Under the pieces are notes generated by a model that did no database searches, was not told the origin of the DNA, and saw nothing but the letters and a program-made list of their open reading frames with translations. 64,000 bases of DNA. Source: an uncultured Roseburia sp. GTDB lineage: Bacteria > Bacillota > Clostridia > Lachnospirales > Lachnospiraceae. Location of the stretch: positions 7,568 through 71,567 of the forward strand of contig CANDCP010000002.1 in NCBI GenBank assembly GCA_947383215.1, given 5' to 3'. Below, in pieces: positions 47,921-55,825 of this stretch. A program made the translations under genes and the position numbers. Each line of letters opens with the position of its first letter. The stretch's first letter is position 1.

Positions 47921-47984
47921 GCAGTTATTCCCGAACAGAAAAGAGACAGAGAACCCACAGACATATTTTGTTTGTGGGTTTTTC
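47909..47984 (+). repeat. Direct repeat copy 1 (rpsI 3' end plus terminator)
   Basis: tccaagagataagcagttattcccgaacagaaaagagacagagaacccacagacatattttgtttgtgggttttt recurs at 48799-48876, with 8 mismatches by hand alignment. Confidence 0.85.
47952..47984 (+). terminator. Intrinsic terminator of rplM-rpsI
   Basis: Stem cccacagaca / tgtttgtggg (one G-U pair), 5-nt loop, T-run. Confidence 0.8.
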
Positions 47985-48003
47985 ACATGATGAAAAAATG
48001 TGT

Positions 48004-48032
48004 TTGACAAATGTTATCATATATGATAACAT
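48004..48032 (+). promoter_or_regulatory. Promoter with an overlapping 22-bp perfect palindrome (probable TA autoregulatory operator)
   Basis: TTGACA at 48004-48009. atgttatcatatatgataacat (48011-48032) is a perfect palindrome covering the spacer and the -10 region (taacat at 17-nt spacing). Confidence 0.55.
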
Positions 48033-48049
48033 AATGACAAGCAAAGGAA

Positions 48050-48418
48050 GTGACTAAAATTATTGAATTAGATTTCTATATGAAAGAAAATGGGAAAATA
48101 CCTGTGCAGGATTTTTTATATTCACTTAATCCGAAACTAAGAGCCAAAACTTTTAGTGATATTGAGTTATTAAAACAGTTAGGGACTGAATTGAGAGAGC
48201 CGTATGTAAAACCTGTAAAAGGAAAAGATAATAAAGGCCTGTATGAATTGCGGATAAAGTTTTCAAGCGATATAGCGAGAATATTTTACTTTACATATTA
48301 TAACAATAAGTTTGTGTTGTTGTATGGATTTATCAAAAAGACCATGAAAACACCTGAAAATGAAATAAAGAAAGCAAGGAAATATATGGAAGATTATAAA
48401 AGGAGGTCTGAATCATGA
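48050..48418 (+). CDS. Type II toxin, RelE/ParE superfamily (HigB / phage Gp49-like)
   Basis: N-terminal ...LDFYMKENGKIPVQDFLYSL, then LYELRIKFSSDIARIFYFTYYNNKFVLLYGFIKKTMKTPENEI, typical of the Gp49-like toxin family. The exact start (GTG at 48050) is uncertain. Confidence 0.75.
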   Translation: MTKIIELDFYMKENGKIPVQDFLYSLNPKLRAKTFSDIELLKQLGTELREPYVKPVKGKDNKGLYELRIKFSSDIARIFYFTYYNNKFVLLYGFIKKTMKTPENEIKKARKYMEDYKRRSES

Positions 48419-48699
48419 GTAAAGCTGGGATATCTTTTGAAGAAATGAAAGCCGATATGCTTAAGGATGAAGAATTTAGAATAGAATATGAAAAATTAAG
48501 GCCCAGATATGAAGCAATTGAGCAGATTATAAATGCAAGAAAAGAACAAAATATAACACAGGCAGAACTTGCGAAGAGAGTAGGTACACAGAAAAGTAAT
48601 ATTTCCAGGTTAGAGAGCGGAAATTATAATCCCAGTTTGGATTTCCTGACAAAAATTGCGGAATCTCTTGGGAAAAAAATATCTGTGACGTTAAATTAG
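48415..48699 (+). CDS. XRE-family HTH antitoxin (HigA-like)
   Basis: ATGA overlap with the toxin gene. HTH ITQAELAKRVGTQKSNISRLESGNYNPSLDFLTKIA. Confidence 0.8.
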   Translation: MSKAGISFEEMKADMLKDEEFRIEYEKLRPRYEAIEQIINARKEQNITQAELAKRVGTQKSNISRLESGNYNPSLDFLTKIAESLGKKISVTLN

Positions 48700-48798
48700 A
48701 ATAAGGGCTCATTCAGCAGGACAGTATGCGTCAATATGAATATTTATGGGTAAGTGACAAATGTATTGAAAGTGCCGGAAAATCGGGATCTGAAACTA

Positions 48799-48876
48799 TC
48801 CAAGAGGTAAGCGGTTATTCACAAACAGACAAGAGACAGAAAACCCACAGACAGATTTTGTTTGTGGTTTTTTTAA
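48799..48876 (+). repeat. Direct repeat copy 2 (diverged duplicate of the rpsI 3' end plus terminator)
   Basis: tccaagaggtaagcggttattcacaaacagacaagagacagaaaacccacagacagattttgtttgtggttttttt. Confidence 0.85.
48844..48876 (+). terminator. Duplicated terminator hairpin
   Basis: Stem ccacagaca / tgtttgtgg followed by a 7-T run. It is one bp shorter than copy 1. Confidence 0.6.
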
Positions 48877-49148
48877 CGGGTAGATTGTGATATACTTAAA
48901 TTGAATTTGAATAGAATGGAAATAAGGCAATTATTAGAATTGATGCAGAATTGGGAATTTGGAAAGATTGTACGTTGTGATATGTCACACATGATTGAGA
49001 AAGAGGCTATTGCATAACTCATGGAGAATTTAACAGAATATTCTGCCACAACGACATATCGGCATTATTGAGAAGGTGCAGATACAAATATTTTACGCTA
49101 CCGGGCAAGCGACTGATAACAGGTAGCAATTGAAAGGAGAGGATAAAG

Positions 49149-49628
49149 ATGTATATCAAAAAATACTGGTATAACTATATCGGCGGCACGGATGATAGCC
49201 TGACCTTAGCGGACTATCTCTATGAAAAAGGCAAAACGGAACTTCCACTAAGTGAGATATTTAGAGATACTGGTCTTGATAAGCTGAACTGGAATTTCCG
49301 CACTTCACCTGATTTAAAATATACTGACTCCGGAAACGGATGCCATGAATTTTACTATGCCATTGATTTGATAACCGATTTGGCGGCGCTTATTTTGGAA
49401 AGTAAAAAAAGCGGCGGGTTCAATCTAAAGGATCTGTTTGATGATGAGGATCGGGATTTGTTTTTAAAAATCACCACCACACCAGAAGAAGATCGGGCAA
49501 TGAATCGTGCTTTGGCAGATTTTTTCGCAGCCCCTCTTGAATATGATCTCCATGAAATGATGGATGATGACGATATACGGGAAATGGCACAAGACTGCGA
49601 AAATATCCGTGAGGAGTTGGATGTATAA
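49149..49628 (+). CDS. Hypothetical acidic protein (159 aa)
   Basis: Strong RBS aaaggagagg. The C-terminal half is very D/E-rich (DDEDRD, MMDDDDIREMAQD). No family recognised. Confidence 0.55.
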   Translation: MYIKKYWYNYIGGTDDSLTLADYLYEKGKTELPLSEIFRDTGLDKLNWNFRTSPDLKYTDSGNGCHEFYYAIDLITDLAALILESKKSGGFNLKDLFDDEDRDLFLKITTTPEEDRAMNRALADFFAAPLEYDLHEMMDDDDIREMAQDCENIREELDV

Positions 49629-49712
49629 CTTTCAGTTTATCGGGGAGACGGCAAAGCCGGCCGGGCCGACCGGCGATTGGGACTAACGGACGCATTCGCA
49701 AAATAGCAGTTT

Positions 49713-50228
49713 TCATAGTCTCCTCTTTCTGTATTCCATTTCAATACAATTCCATGTTTCGCCCATACAAGTATAGCGTTCGATATGTTCTGATTTCACT
49801 CTTTGAAAACCGCAGGCTTCATAACATTTTATAGCGGCTGTATTGTTTTCAAAAACTCCCAGTGATATTTTCTTTACTTTGACAAAGTCGAAGGCGTACC
49901 GGGCGGCCAGAAGAATCATTTCTTTTCCGTATCCCTTTCCGCGCTTTTCATTATCGACAATCACGAAGCCCAGCCGGATTTCATCATTGCGGTTGTCGTC
50001 CGGAAAGCGCATAGTAAAATGTCCGATGATACCGGCGTCGTCAAAAGCCGTCATTCCCCAGATTCGTTCATTATTTTTATCGTTGCGATAATACAAATTC
50101 ATATCATTCGGTGTAATCGGGAATTTATCGTAGCGGTCTGCGCTCCACTGGCGAAAAGAATACTCGTCTTTTATCCATGCCGTTATTTTCTGCGCATCAC
50201 AGTCTTTATATGGTCTGAGTCTTATCAT
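49713..50228 (-). CDS. GNAT-family N-acetyltransferase
   Basis: Acetyl-CoA binding box VDNEKRGKGYGKEMILLAARYAF, with the typical beta4-alpha3 region. Confidence 0.85.
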   Translation of the reverse strand: MIRLRPYKDCDAQKITAWIKDEYSFRQWSADRYDKFPITPNDMNLYYRNDKNNERIWGMTAFDDAGIIGHFTMRFPDDNRNDEIRLGFVIVDNEKRGKGYGKEMILLAARYAFDFVKVKKISLGVFENNTAAIKCYEACGFQRVKSEHIERYTCMGETWNCIEMEYRKRRL

Positions 50229-50313
50229 AAAGTCGCTCCTTGAATACGGTGTCGTGTTAAATAAAATATAACATAAAGCTTATCTTTTGTCTGTAATACG
50301 ATTAAAAATCTTC

Positions 50314-50342
50314 CTTAAGTTTTTTTGGCTTTTATCCGACAT
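50314..50342 (+). promoter_or_regulatory. Sigma-28 (SigD/FliA)-type promoter candidate
   Basis: cTTAAGT - 14 nt - TCCGACAT, which aligns as TAAG-N15-tCCGAcAT against the consensus TAAA-N15-GCCGATAT. It lies 80 nt upstream of ATG 50422. Confidence 0.5.
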
Positions 50343-50421
50343 AAAAAGTAGAGAAAATGGTTACGGCATACGTAAAAGAGGCAGAGTGCAGGCGTGTGCG
50401 AAGATTAATTGGAGGAAAGAC

Positions 50422-53400
50422 ATGAAAATAGATGCAGCAGCATTACTTGACGGTACGGTAAATATTGCGGGCGCGGCAAAAAAGGAAGACATAGCGGTTC
50501 GGGCGGAAGAGAGGGAGACGTTTGCCGTGTATAAACCGGAGGGAACATCCGGCTTATTTGGGGACGCTACATATGGAAAACCAAGCCGGGACGGAGAGGA
50601 GATTCTTGAGGATATCGCCAGTCAGGCAGAGGTTTCCGATGCGACACAGATGAAAAATGAAAGGTTGTTCGCCGTAAACACGACATCAGAAGAGGATGGC
50701 AGGAAGCTGGAGGAGGACGGTTTTTCTTTAAATTCCACAGAGATAAAGACTGTTGTGACGGAGACGGATAAGATAAAGGCCGAGCTTGCAAAAGCAGGCG
50801 TGGATATCAGTATGTTCGGAGACGGGCTGACAAGAGAGCAGTTGGAGGAGATTACCGGAAACGCGGCGCTCGCACAGCAGATGGAGGCATTATTTGCGCA
50901 GGCGGATCTGCCGTTGAGCGAGCAGAATCTGACAGAGGCGAACGAGAGCCTTCAGATGGCAAAGGAGCTGACAGGGCTTAGCGATAACGCCGTAAAATAT
51001 TTGCTGGATAACGGGTTAGAACCGACAATAGAGAATCTCTATAAAGCCGAATACAGCGGCAATTACCGTTCGCCGGAAGAGACGGCGGATTATAGTTCGT
51101 TTATGAATCAGATAGAGAAGGTAATTAAACAGGCCGGTTTTGAAGTGACCGAGGAGACGATTGAAGATAGCAAGTGGATGATAGCGAACCAGGTTTCGTT
51201 CACGCCTGAGAATTTTGCATATATGCAGAAATTAGAGCAGCTTTTGCTTCCGCCGGACGAGGCGAAGGTAATGAAAGCGATAGTACAGGCGATTGCAGAG
51301 GGCGGACGTCCAAAGGACGCAATGTTGATCGAGGGCTTTACGCTCGCGGACAAAGCAAAAGAAGCTTCAGATGTTGTAAAAGGGGCGCAGGAAACGGATT
51401 TGGCATGGCTTGTCGAAAACGACAGGGAGCTAACCGTCGAAAATTTGAAGGAGGCTGCGGGGCACAGAGGCGACGGCGCGGACGAACGCAGCCTGACGGC
51501 GCAGAAGGAGCTTTTGCTATTGACGGCCCGCCGGCAGCTGGAAGAAGCCAGGCTTGCGATGACGGCGCAGGCGAATTATTCACTGTTAAAGCAGGGGATA
51601 TCGGTAGATACAAAACCGTTGGCCGAGTTGGTCGATACGTTAAAGGCGCAGGAGAACGCTTATTACGAGAAACTGCTCACACAGGCCGGTATCGCGGCGG
51701 ATGAAACCAGTGTCGCCATATTTAGGGAGACGGTAGAGACCGTAGAGGCGTTAAAGGACGTGCCGTCTTATACGCTTGGAATACCGCAGGCGGATGAGGA
51801 AACATTGAAAGGCCTGTATAGAGCGGGAAAAGAGCTTCAAAATACATTAGATAAAGCGGGAGAGAGATATGATACAATGATGACAAAGCCGCGCGCCGAT
51901 ATGGGCGACACCATCCAGAAAGCGTTTGCGAATGTAGATGATATCCTTCGCGATCTGGGATTTGAGCAGAGCGAGGAGAACCAAAGGGCGGTGCGGATTT
52001 TGGCATATAACAATCTTGAAATAACAGAGCAGTCCGTCATGCAGATAAAAGCGGCGGATGAGGCGGTTTCAAGAGCCTTTAAAAATATGACGCCGTCAGT
52101 CGTCCGGGAAATGATAAGAGACGGCGTAAACCCTCTGGATATGAATATTACAGAATTGAACAGAGAGGCCGTTAGGATAAAGCAAGAGCTTGGCATTGAA
52201 GAGGAGGAGCGTTTTTCGAAGTATCTGTGGAAGCTGGATCAAAGCAAAGCGATATCGGAGGAGGAGCGGAATGCTTTTTTGGGAATTTACCGTCTGATTA
52301 CACAGGTGGAAAAGACAGACGGAGCGGCAATCGGGGCTCTGCTTGCGCAGGGCGGAGAGGTTACCATGCGCAATTTACTGACACAGATTCGTTCTGCAAA
52401 GCACGGGGGGAAGGAATATACGGTAGACGATGCGTTTTCCGGTGTGGACGGGGTTAAAGGCGGTTTGTCGATTACCGAGCAGATTGAGATGGGGTATCAG
52501 GCCGACTGCATCCGTGATGCGCTTGATGAGATTACGCCGGATAAGATGGCCGGGCTTGTGAGAGATCAAAACTGGCAGGATATGACGCCGGAGCAGTTCG
52601 CAAAGGCGCTTGCGTCTCTGGGGGAGGAGACAGAGCTTGACGCGGCATATACAAGAGCGCAGCTGGAGGAGTTTGAGGAGGCGGCAATGGCTCCGAGGGA
52701 GGTGTATCGGATGCTTTCGGAGTACGATCTGCCAAATACAACCGAGTATGTGACGGCGGCGTACGAAATGATAAAGAACCGCAACAAGGTATTTGCAGGT
52801 TTCTTCGGAGAGAAAATTCCGGGGGAGGATGCGGACAATGCGGTGGATTTTGAGGAGATTAAGCGGGGGCTTCTGGAAAAATTCGCGGAGTCGTTAAAAA
52901 CGCCTGAGGAGATGGCGAAAGCGCAGAAGGCGCTTGCGGATACGGCGGAAAACGTTATGAAAACAATGATAACTGAGGACGAGAATGTTACAAGTATTGA
53001 TCTGCGGCAGATGAAGCTGCTCAATACGCAGATTGCAATCGGTACAAAACAGGCGAAAGAAGAGACATATGCAATACCTGTGCTTGTCGGGGATGAAATT
53101 ACAAACATATCGTTGAAAATTGTCAGAGGAAAAGAGAAAAAAGGTCTGGTAGACATCACATTTTCCACAGATAAGCTTGGAAAGGTAGCGGCGCAGCTGA
53201 AAGCGGGAAAGAGCGGCGTCAGCGGATATGTGGCCTGCGAGAAGAGAGAAACAGCCGATTTGCTTGCGCAAAGAAACGGAATGCTCTCAGAGGCGTTAGA
53301 GCAGACAGAGGGAGGGGCGGACATTCGCTATGTGACATCGGAAAACCTGAATCTCGTTTCGTTTGGCAGTGAGGATATTTCGGAACAGGGAGAAGGCGAC

Positions 53401-53472
53401 GCCGTCTTGACTAAAACGCTTTATGGTATGGCGGAAAGCTTTATTAAGACGGTAAAAAGTCTGCAGGCATAA
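50422..53472 (+). CDS. Large acidic helical protein (1016 aa), unknown function, putative flagellar-regulon member
   Basis: ATG with a ggagg RBS; the upstream part of the track ORF has no RBS. No signal peptide or TM helix. E/A/K-rich, with recurring short motifs such as LEPTIENLYKA, RELTVENLKEA, NLEITEQSVMQ and GEVTMRNLLTQ. Confidence 0.6.
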   Translation: MKIDAAALLDGTVNIAGAAKKEDIAVRAEERETFAVYKPEGTSGLFGDATYGKPSRDGEEILEDIASQAEVSDATQMKNERLFAVNTTSEEDGRKLEEDGFSLNSTEIKTVVTETDKIKAELAKAGVDISMFGDGLTREQLEEITGNAALAQQMEALFAQADLPLSEQNLTEANESLQMAKELTGLSDNAVKYLLDNGLEPTIENLYKAEYSGNYRSPEETADYSSFMNQIEKVIKQAGFEVTEETIEDSKWMIANQVSFTPENFAYMQKLEQLLLPPDEAKVMKAIVQAIAEGGRPKDAMLIEGFTLADKAKEASDVVKGAQETDLAWLVENDRELTVENLKEAAGHRGDGADERSLTAQKELLLLTARRQLEEARLAMTAQANYSLLKQGISVDTKPLAELVDTLKAQENAYYEKLLTQAGIAADETSVAIFRETVETVEALKDVPSYTLGIPQADEETLKGLYRAGKELQNTLDKAGERYDTMMTKPRADMGDTIQKAFANVDDILRDLGFEQSEENQRAVRILAYNNLEITEQSVMQIKAADEAVSRAFKNMTPSVVREMIRDGVNPLDMNITELNREAVRIKQELGIEEEERFSKYLWKLDQSKAISEEERNAFLGIYRLITQVEKTDGAAIGALLAQGGEVTMRNLLTQIRSAKHGGKEYTVDDAFSGVDGVKGGLSITEQIEMGYQADCIRDALDEITPDKMAGLVRDQNWQDMTPEQFAKALASLGEETELDAAYTRAQLEEFEEAAMAPREVYRMLSEYDLPNTTEYVTAAYEMIKNRNKVFAGFFGEKIPGEDADNAVDFEEIKRGLLEKFAESLKTPEEMAKAQKALADTAENVMKTMITEDENVTSIDLRQMKLLNTQIAIGTKQAKEETYAIPVLVGDEITNISLKIVRGKEKKGLVDITFSTDKLGKVAAQLKAGKSGVSGYVACEKRETADLLAQRNGMLSEALEQTEGGADIRYVTSENLNLVSFGSEDISEQGEGDAVLTKTLYGMAESFIKTVKSLQA

Positions 53473-53480
53473 AATTAACG

Positions 53481-53509
53481 CTTAAGTAAAGGCAGAAAGC
53501 TGTCGATAT
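53481..53509 (+). promoter_or_regulatory. Sigma-28 (SigD/FliA)-type promoter candidate for flagellin
   Basis: cTTAAGT - 14 nt - GTCGATAT, with the same -35 heptamer and spacing as 50314-50342. It lies 89 nt upstream of ATG 53598. Confidence 0.6.
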
Positions 53510-53597
53510 AGAATACAGTATAAAATAATGTATGAGAATCAAGGGCAGGGAAGTCCAAAGATCCGCATGGAGGCGGAGAAAGAAAGAGGTTATTTCC

Positions 53598-54992
53598 ATG
53601 AAAGTAAATTATAATATGTCAGCGGTAATTACAAACAGCCAGTTATTAAGGACAGAGGGTAATCTGACAACTGCAATGGAAAAGCTGTCTTCCGGTATTC
53701 GTATCAACCATGCGAGGGACGATGCGGCGGGAATGGCGATTTCAAATAAAATGAGACTGCAGATCGACGGACTGGATCAGGCGTCGCAGAACGCGTCGAA
53801 CGGGACGTCCGTGCTTCAGACGGCGGACGGAGCGTTAAATGAAGTAACCAGTATTATACAGCGTATGCGCGAGCTTGCGGTACAGGCCGCGAACGATACG
53901 AATGTGGACAGCGATAAAAAAGCGATACAGGCAGAGATTGCTTCCCTTCGGGAAGAGGTAGACCGCGTGTCAAAGGATACGGAATTCAACACGAAGCCTT
54001 TGCTGGACGGAACGCTGGATAACCGTGTGTATGCGAAGAATATCAGCCGGATTGACGCGTCCATTTATGTCGATGCAGGCAAATACGAGGTCGATGTCAC
54101 GACGGCGGCGACAAAAGGAAATCTGGCGGCAGACTCGGCACAGTTTGCGGATATGACGGGCTACGTTAACGCTTCAGGGAGACTTAAGATTAACGGATAT
54201 GTTATAGAAATAGAAGAGACCGATACAATGGAGCAGGTTTATGAAAAGATTCGTGAGGGAGCGGAATTTGGCGAGGCGGAGGCCGATATATTAGACGACG
54301 GCACATTGAGCCTGACGTCATCATTTTATGGTGAGAAAGGCGTCGTAAAGGTGGAGGCAGAAAATACAGAGCTGGCCGCGGCGCTGGGATTTTCCAGCAC
54401 GAGACCGGACGTTGTGTACGGCGAGGACGTTCAGATTGCGCTGGGCGACGGTTTTTCGGATACCGCGACGGTAAGCGTGGATGGAAATAAGGTTGTCATT
54501 ACAGATAAATCGGGATTTGAAATTGCGTTTATGGTAGATGAGAATTATCCGGTAGCGGGAGCGGTAGATACGACCGTAGAGATTGAGGTGACGGAGATTG
54601 GTTCCATGACATTGCAGATTGGAGCAAATGAGGATCAGACAATGGATGTGCGCATTCCGAAAATCAGCGCGCAGACGCTTTATCTGGATGAAGTAGACGT
54701 TACCACTGTAAACGGGGCCAGCCGTGCGATTGACAGAATGGATAAAGCGCTTGACAAGTTGATGAGCGTGCGCTCTTCGCTCGGTGCGTTTGAGAACCGG
54801 CTTGACTACGCGGTTCAGGCGCTGGATGAGACGAATGAAAATATGACGGCCGCGCTCTCCCGGATTGAGGATGTGGATATGGCGGCGGAAATGTCGAATT
54901 ATACGCAGCAGAATGTATTGGAACAGGCGGCGATTTCTGTATTGTCCCAGGCAAACGATTTGCCGCAGCAGACATTGCAGTTGTTACAGTAA
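53598..54992 (+). CDS. fliC: Flagellin
   Basis: ATG after an agaaagagg RBS. N-terminal MKVNYNMSAVITNSQLLRTEGNL...LSSGIRINHARDDAAGMAISNKM, C-terminal ...LSQANDLPQQTLQLLQ, and a variable central region. Confidence 0.95.
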   Translation: MKVNYNMSAVITNSQLLRTEGNLTTAMEKLSSGIRINHARDDAAGMAISNKMRLQIDGLDQASQNASNGTSVLQTADGALNEVTSIIQRMRELAVQAANDTNVDSDKKAIQAEIASLREEVDRVSKDTEFNTKPLLDGTLDNRVYAKNISRIDASIYVDAGKYEVDVTTAATKGNLAADSAQFADMTGYVNASGRLKINGYVIEIEETDTMEQVYEKIREGAEFGEAEADILDDGTLSLTSSFYGEKGVVKVEAENTELAAALGFSSTRPDVVYGEDVQIALGDGFSDTATVSVDGNKVVITDKSGFEIAFMVDENYPVAGAVDTTVEIEVTEIGSMTLQIGANEDQTMDVRIPKISAQTLYLDEVDVTTVNGASRAIDRMDKALDKLMSVRSSLGAFENRLDYAVQALDETNENMTAALSRIEDVDMAAEMSNYTQQNVLEQAAISVLSQANDLPQQTLQLLQ

Positions 54993-55004
54993 AGGGTGAT
55001 GACG

Positions 55005-55481
55005 ATGGATGCCGAAAAAAAGCAGGAGTTTACAAGGCGGATCAGTGCGAGCAACCGCAGCGGTCTTGTCGTCATTATGTACGAAATTTTGAAAGAGTAC
55101 ATGGGCGAAGCAGAGAGCGCGCATAAAAAGGACGATTATGAAGCGTTTAAGACGGCAATCCGCAATGGCGACAAAGTTCTGGCGGAGCTGTCAGACGCGT
55201 TGGATTTTAAATACGAACTTTCCGCGCAGCTCTATCCGTTATATACGTTTGCCCGCAGATCTCTGATGATGTGCATCGTGAAAAACGACACGAAGGGTAT
55301 AGAGGATGCCAGAAAGGCCCTGGATCCGCTTCATGCAGCCTTTGAAAAGATTGCACAGGCGGATACCTCAGAGCCTCTGATGCGCAATACGCAGCAGGTT
55401 TACGCCGGTATTACATATGGAAAAGAAAATTTAAAAGAGAGCTTTCAGGAGCCGGAAACTTCCAGAGGATTCTTTGCATAA
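55005..55481 (+). CDS. fliS: Flagellar export chaperone FliS
   Basis: Lies directly downstream of flagellin. Four-helix pattern: SGLVVIMYEILKEYMGEA, IRNGDKVLAELSDALDF, LYPLYTFARRSLMMC, LDPLHAAFEKI. Confidence 0.75.
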   Translation: MDAEKKQEFTRRISASNRSGLVVIMYEILKEYMGEAESAHKKDDYEAFKTAIRNGDKVLAELSDALDFKYELSAQLYPLYTFARRSLMMCIVKNDTKGIEDARKALDPLHAAFEKIAQADTSEPLMRNTQQVYAGITYGKENLKESFQEPETSRGFFA

Positions 55482-55702
55482 GAATCCTCTATTTGTTTGA
55501 GCCTGCCGAGCAGGAACTTATAACGAAGCTGCTTGGCGTTTACTTCATAGATATAAGAGTCGATTAAATCAGGATCAACTACATTCTGGAAGTTTGCATA
55601 AGCAAAATCCAGATCATCCTTTGTCTTTGCCAAATCATCTAATAAAAGCGAGTAGTGTTCATCATAAGTTTTTGTGTTTTTCACAATACCAAACAAAAAC
55701 AT
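55445..55702 (-). CDS. YaaL-like (DUF2508) small protein
   Basis: VVDPDLIDSYIYEVNAKQLRYKFLLGRLKQ resembles the conserved YaaL core. The start is uncertain (ATG at 55702 or GTG at 55750). Its 3' end overlaps fliS by 37 nt. Confidence 0.55.
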   Translation of the reverse strand: MFLFGIVKNTKTYDEHYSLLLDDLAKTKDDLDFAYANFQNVVDPDLIDSYIYEVNAKQLRYKFLLGRLKQIEDSYAKNPLEVSGS

Positions 55703-55825
55703 CCCTACTTTCTTCTGGGGAAAAATCCTCTTTTTACTAAGTATAATCACAGCAAAATGATTCTATACAAAAAATGGCATATTTTTTTTATTTCAGTATA
55801 TATTTAAAACGAAAACAGCCGGGAA

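Noticed and set aside
48916-49017. A 33-codon ORF (MEIRQLLELMQNWEFGKIVRCDMSHMIEKEAIA) and an adjacent 16-codon ORF in the AT-rich gap.
   Set aside because: Neither has an RBS or a recognisable motif. They are more likely chance ORFs or gene debris in AT-rich accessory DNA.
53487-53509. An alternative sigma-28 alignment that uses TAAA at 53487-53490 as the -35 element.
   Set aside because: It leaves only 11 nt to the -10 octamer instead of about 15. Shifting 4 nt upstream to TAAG gives canonical spacing and matches the second promoter at 50314-50342.
55445-55481. A 37-nt convergent overlap between the fliS and YaaL-like 3' ends, considered as a possible antisense regulatory arrangement.
   Set aside because: Overlap of convergent stops is common in compact genomes. 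Neither terminus is verified, and no structure or motif distinguishes the region.
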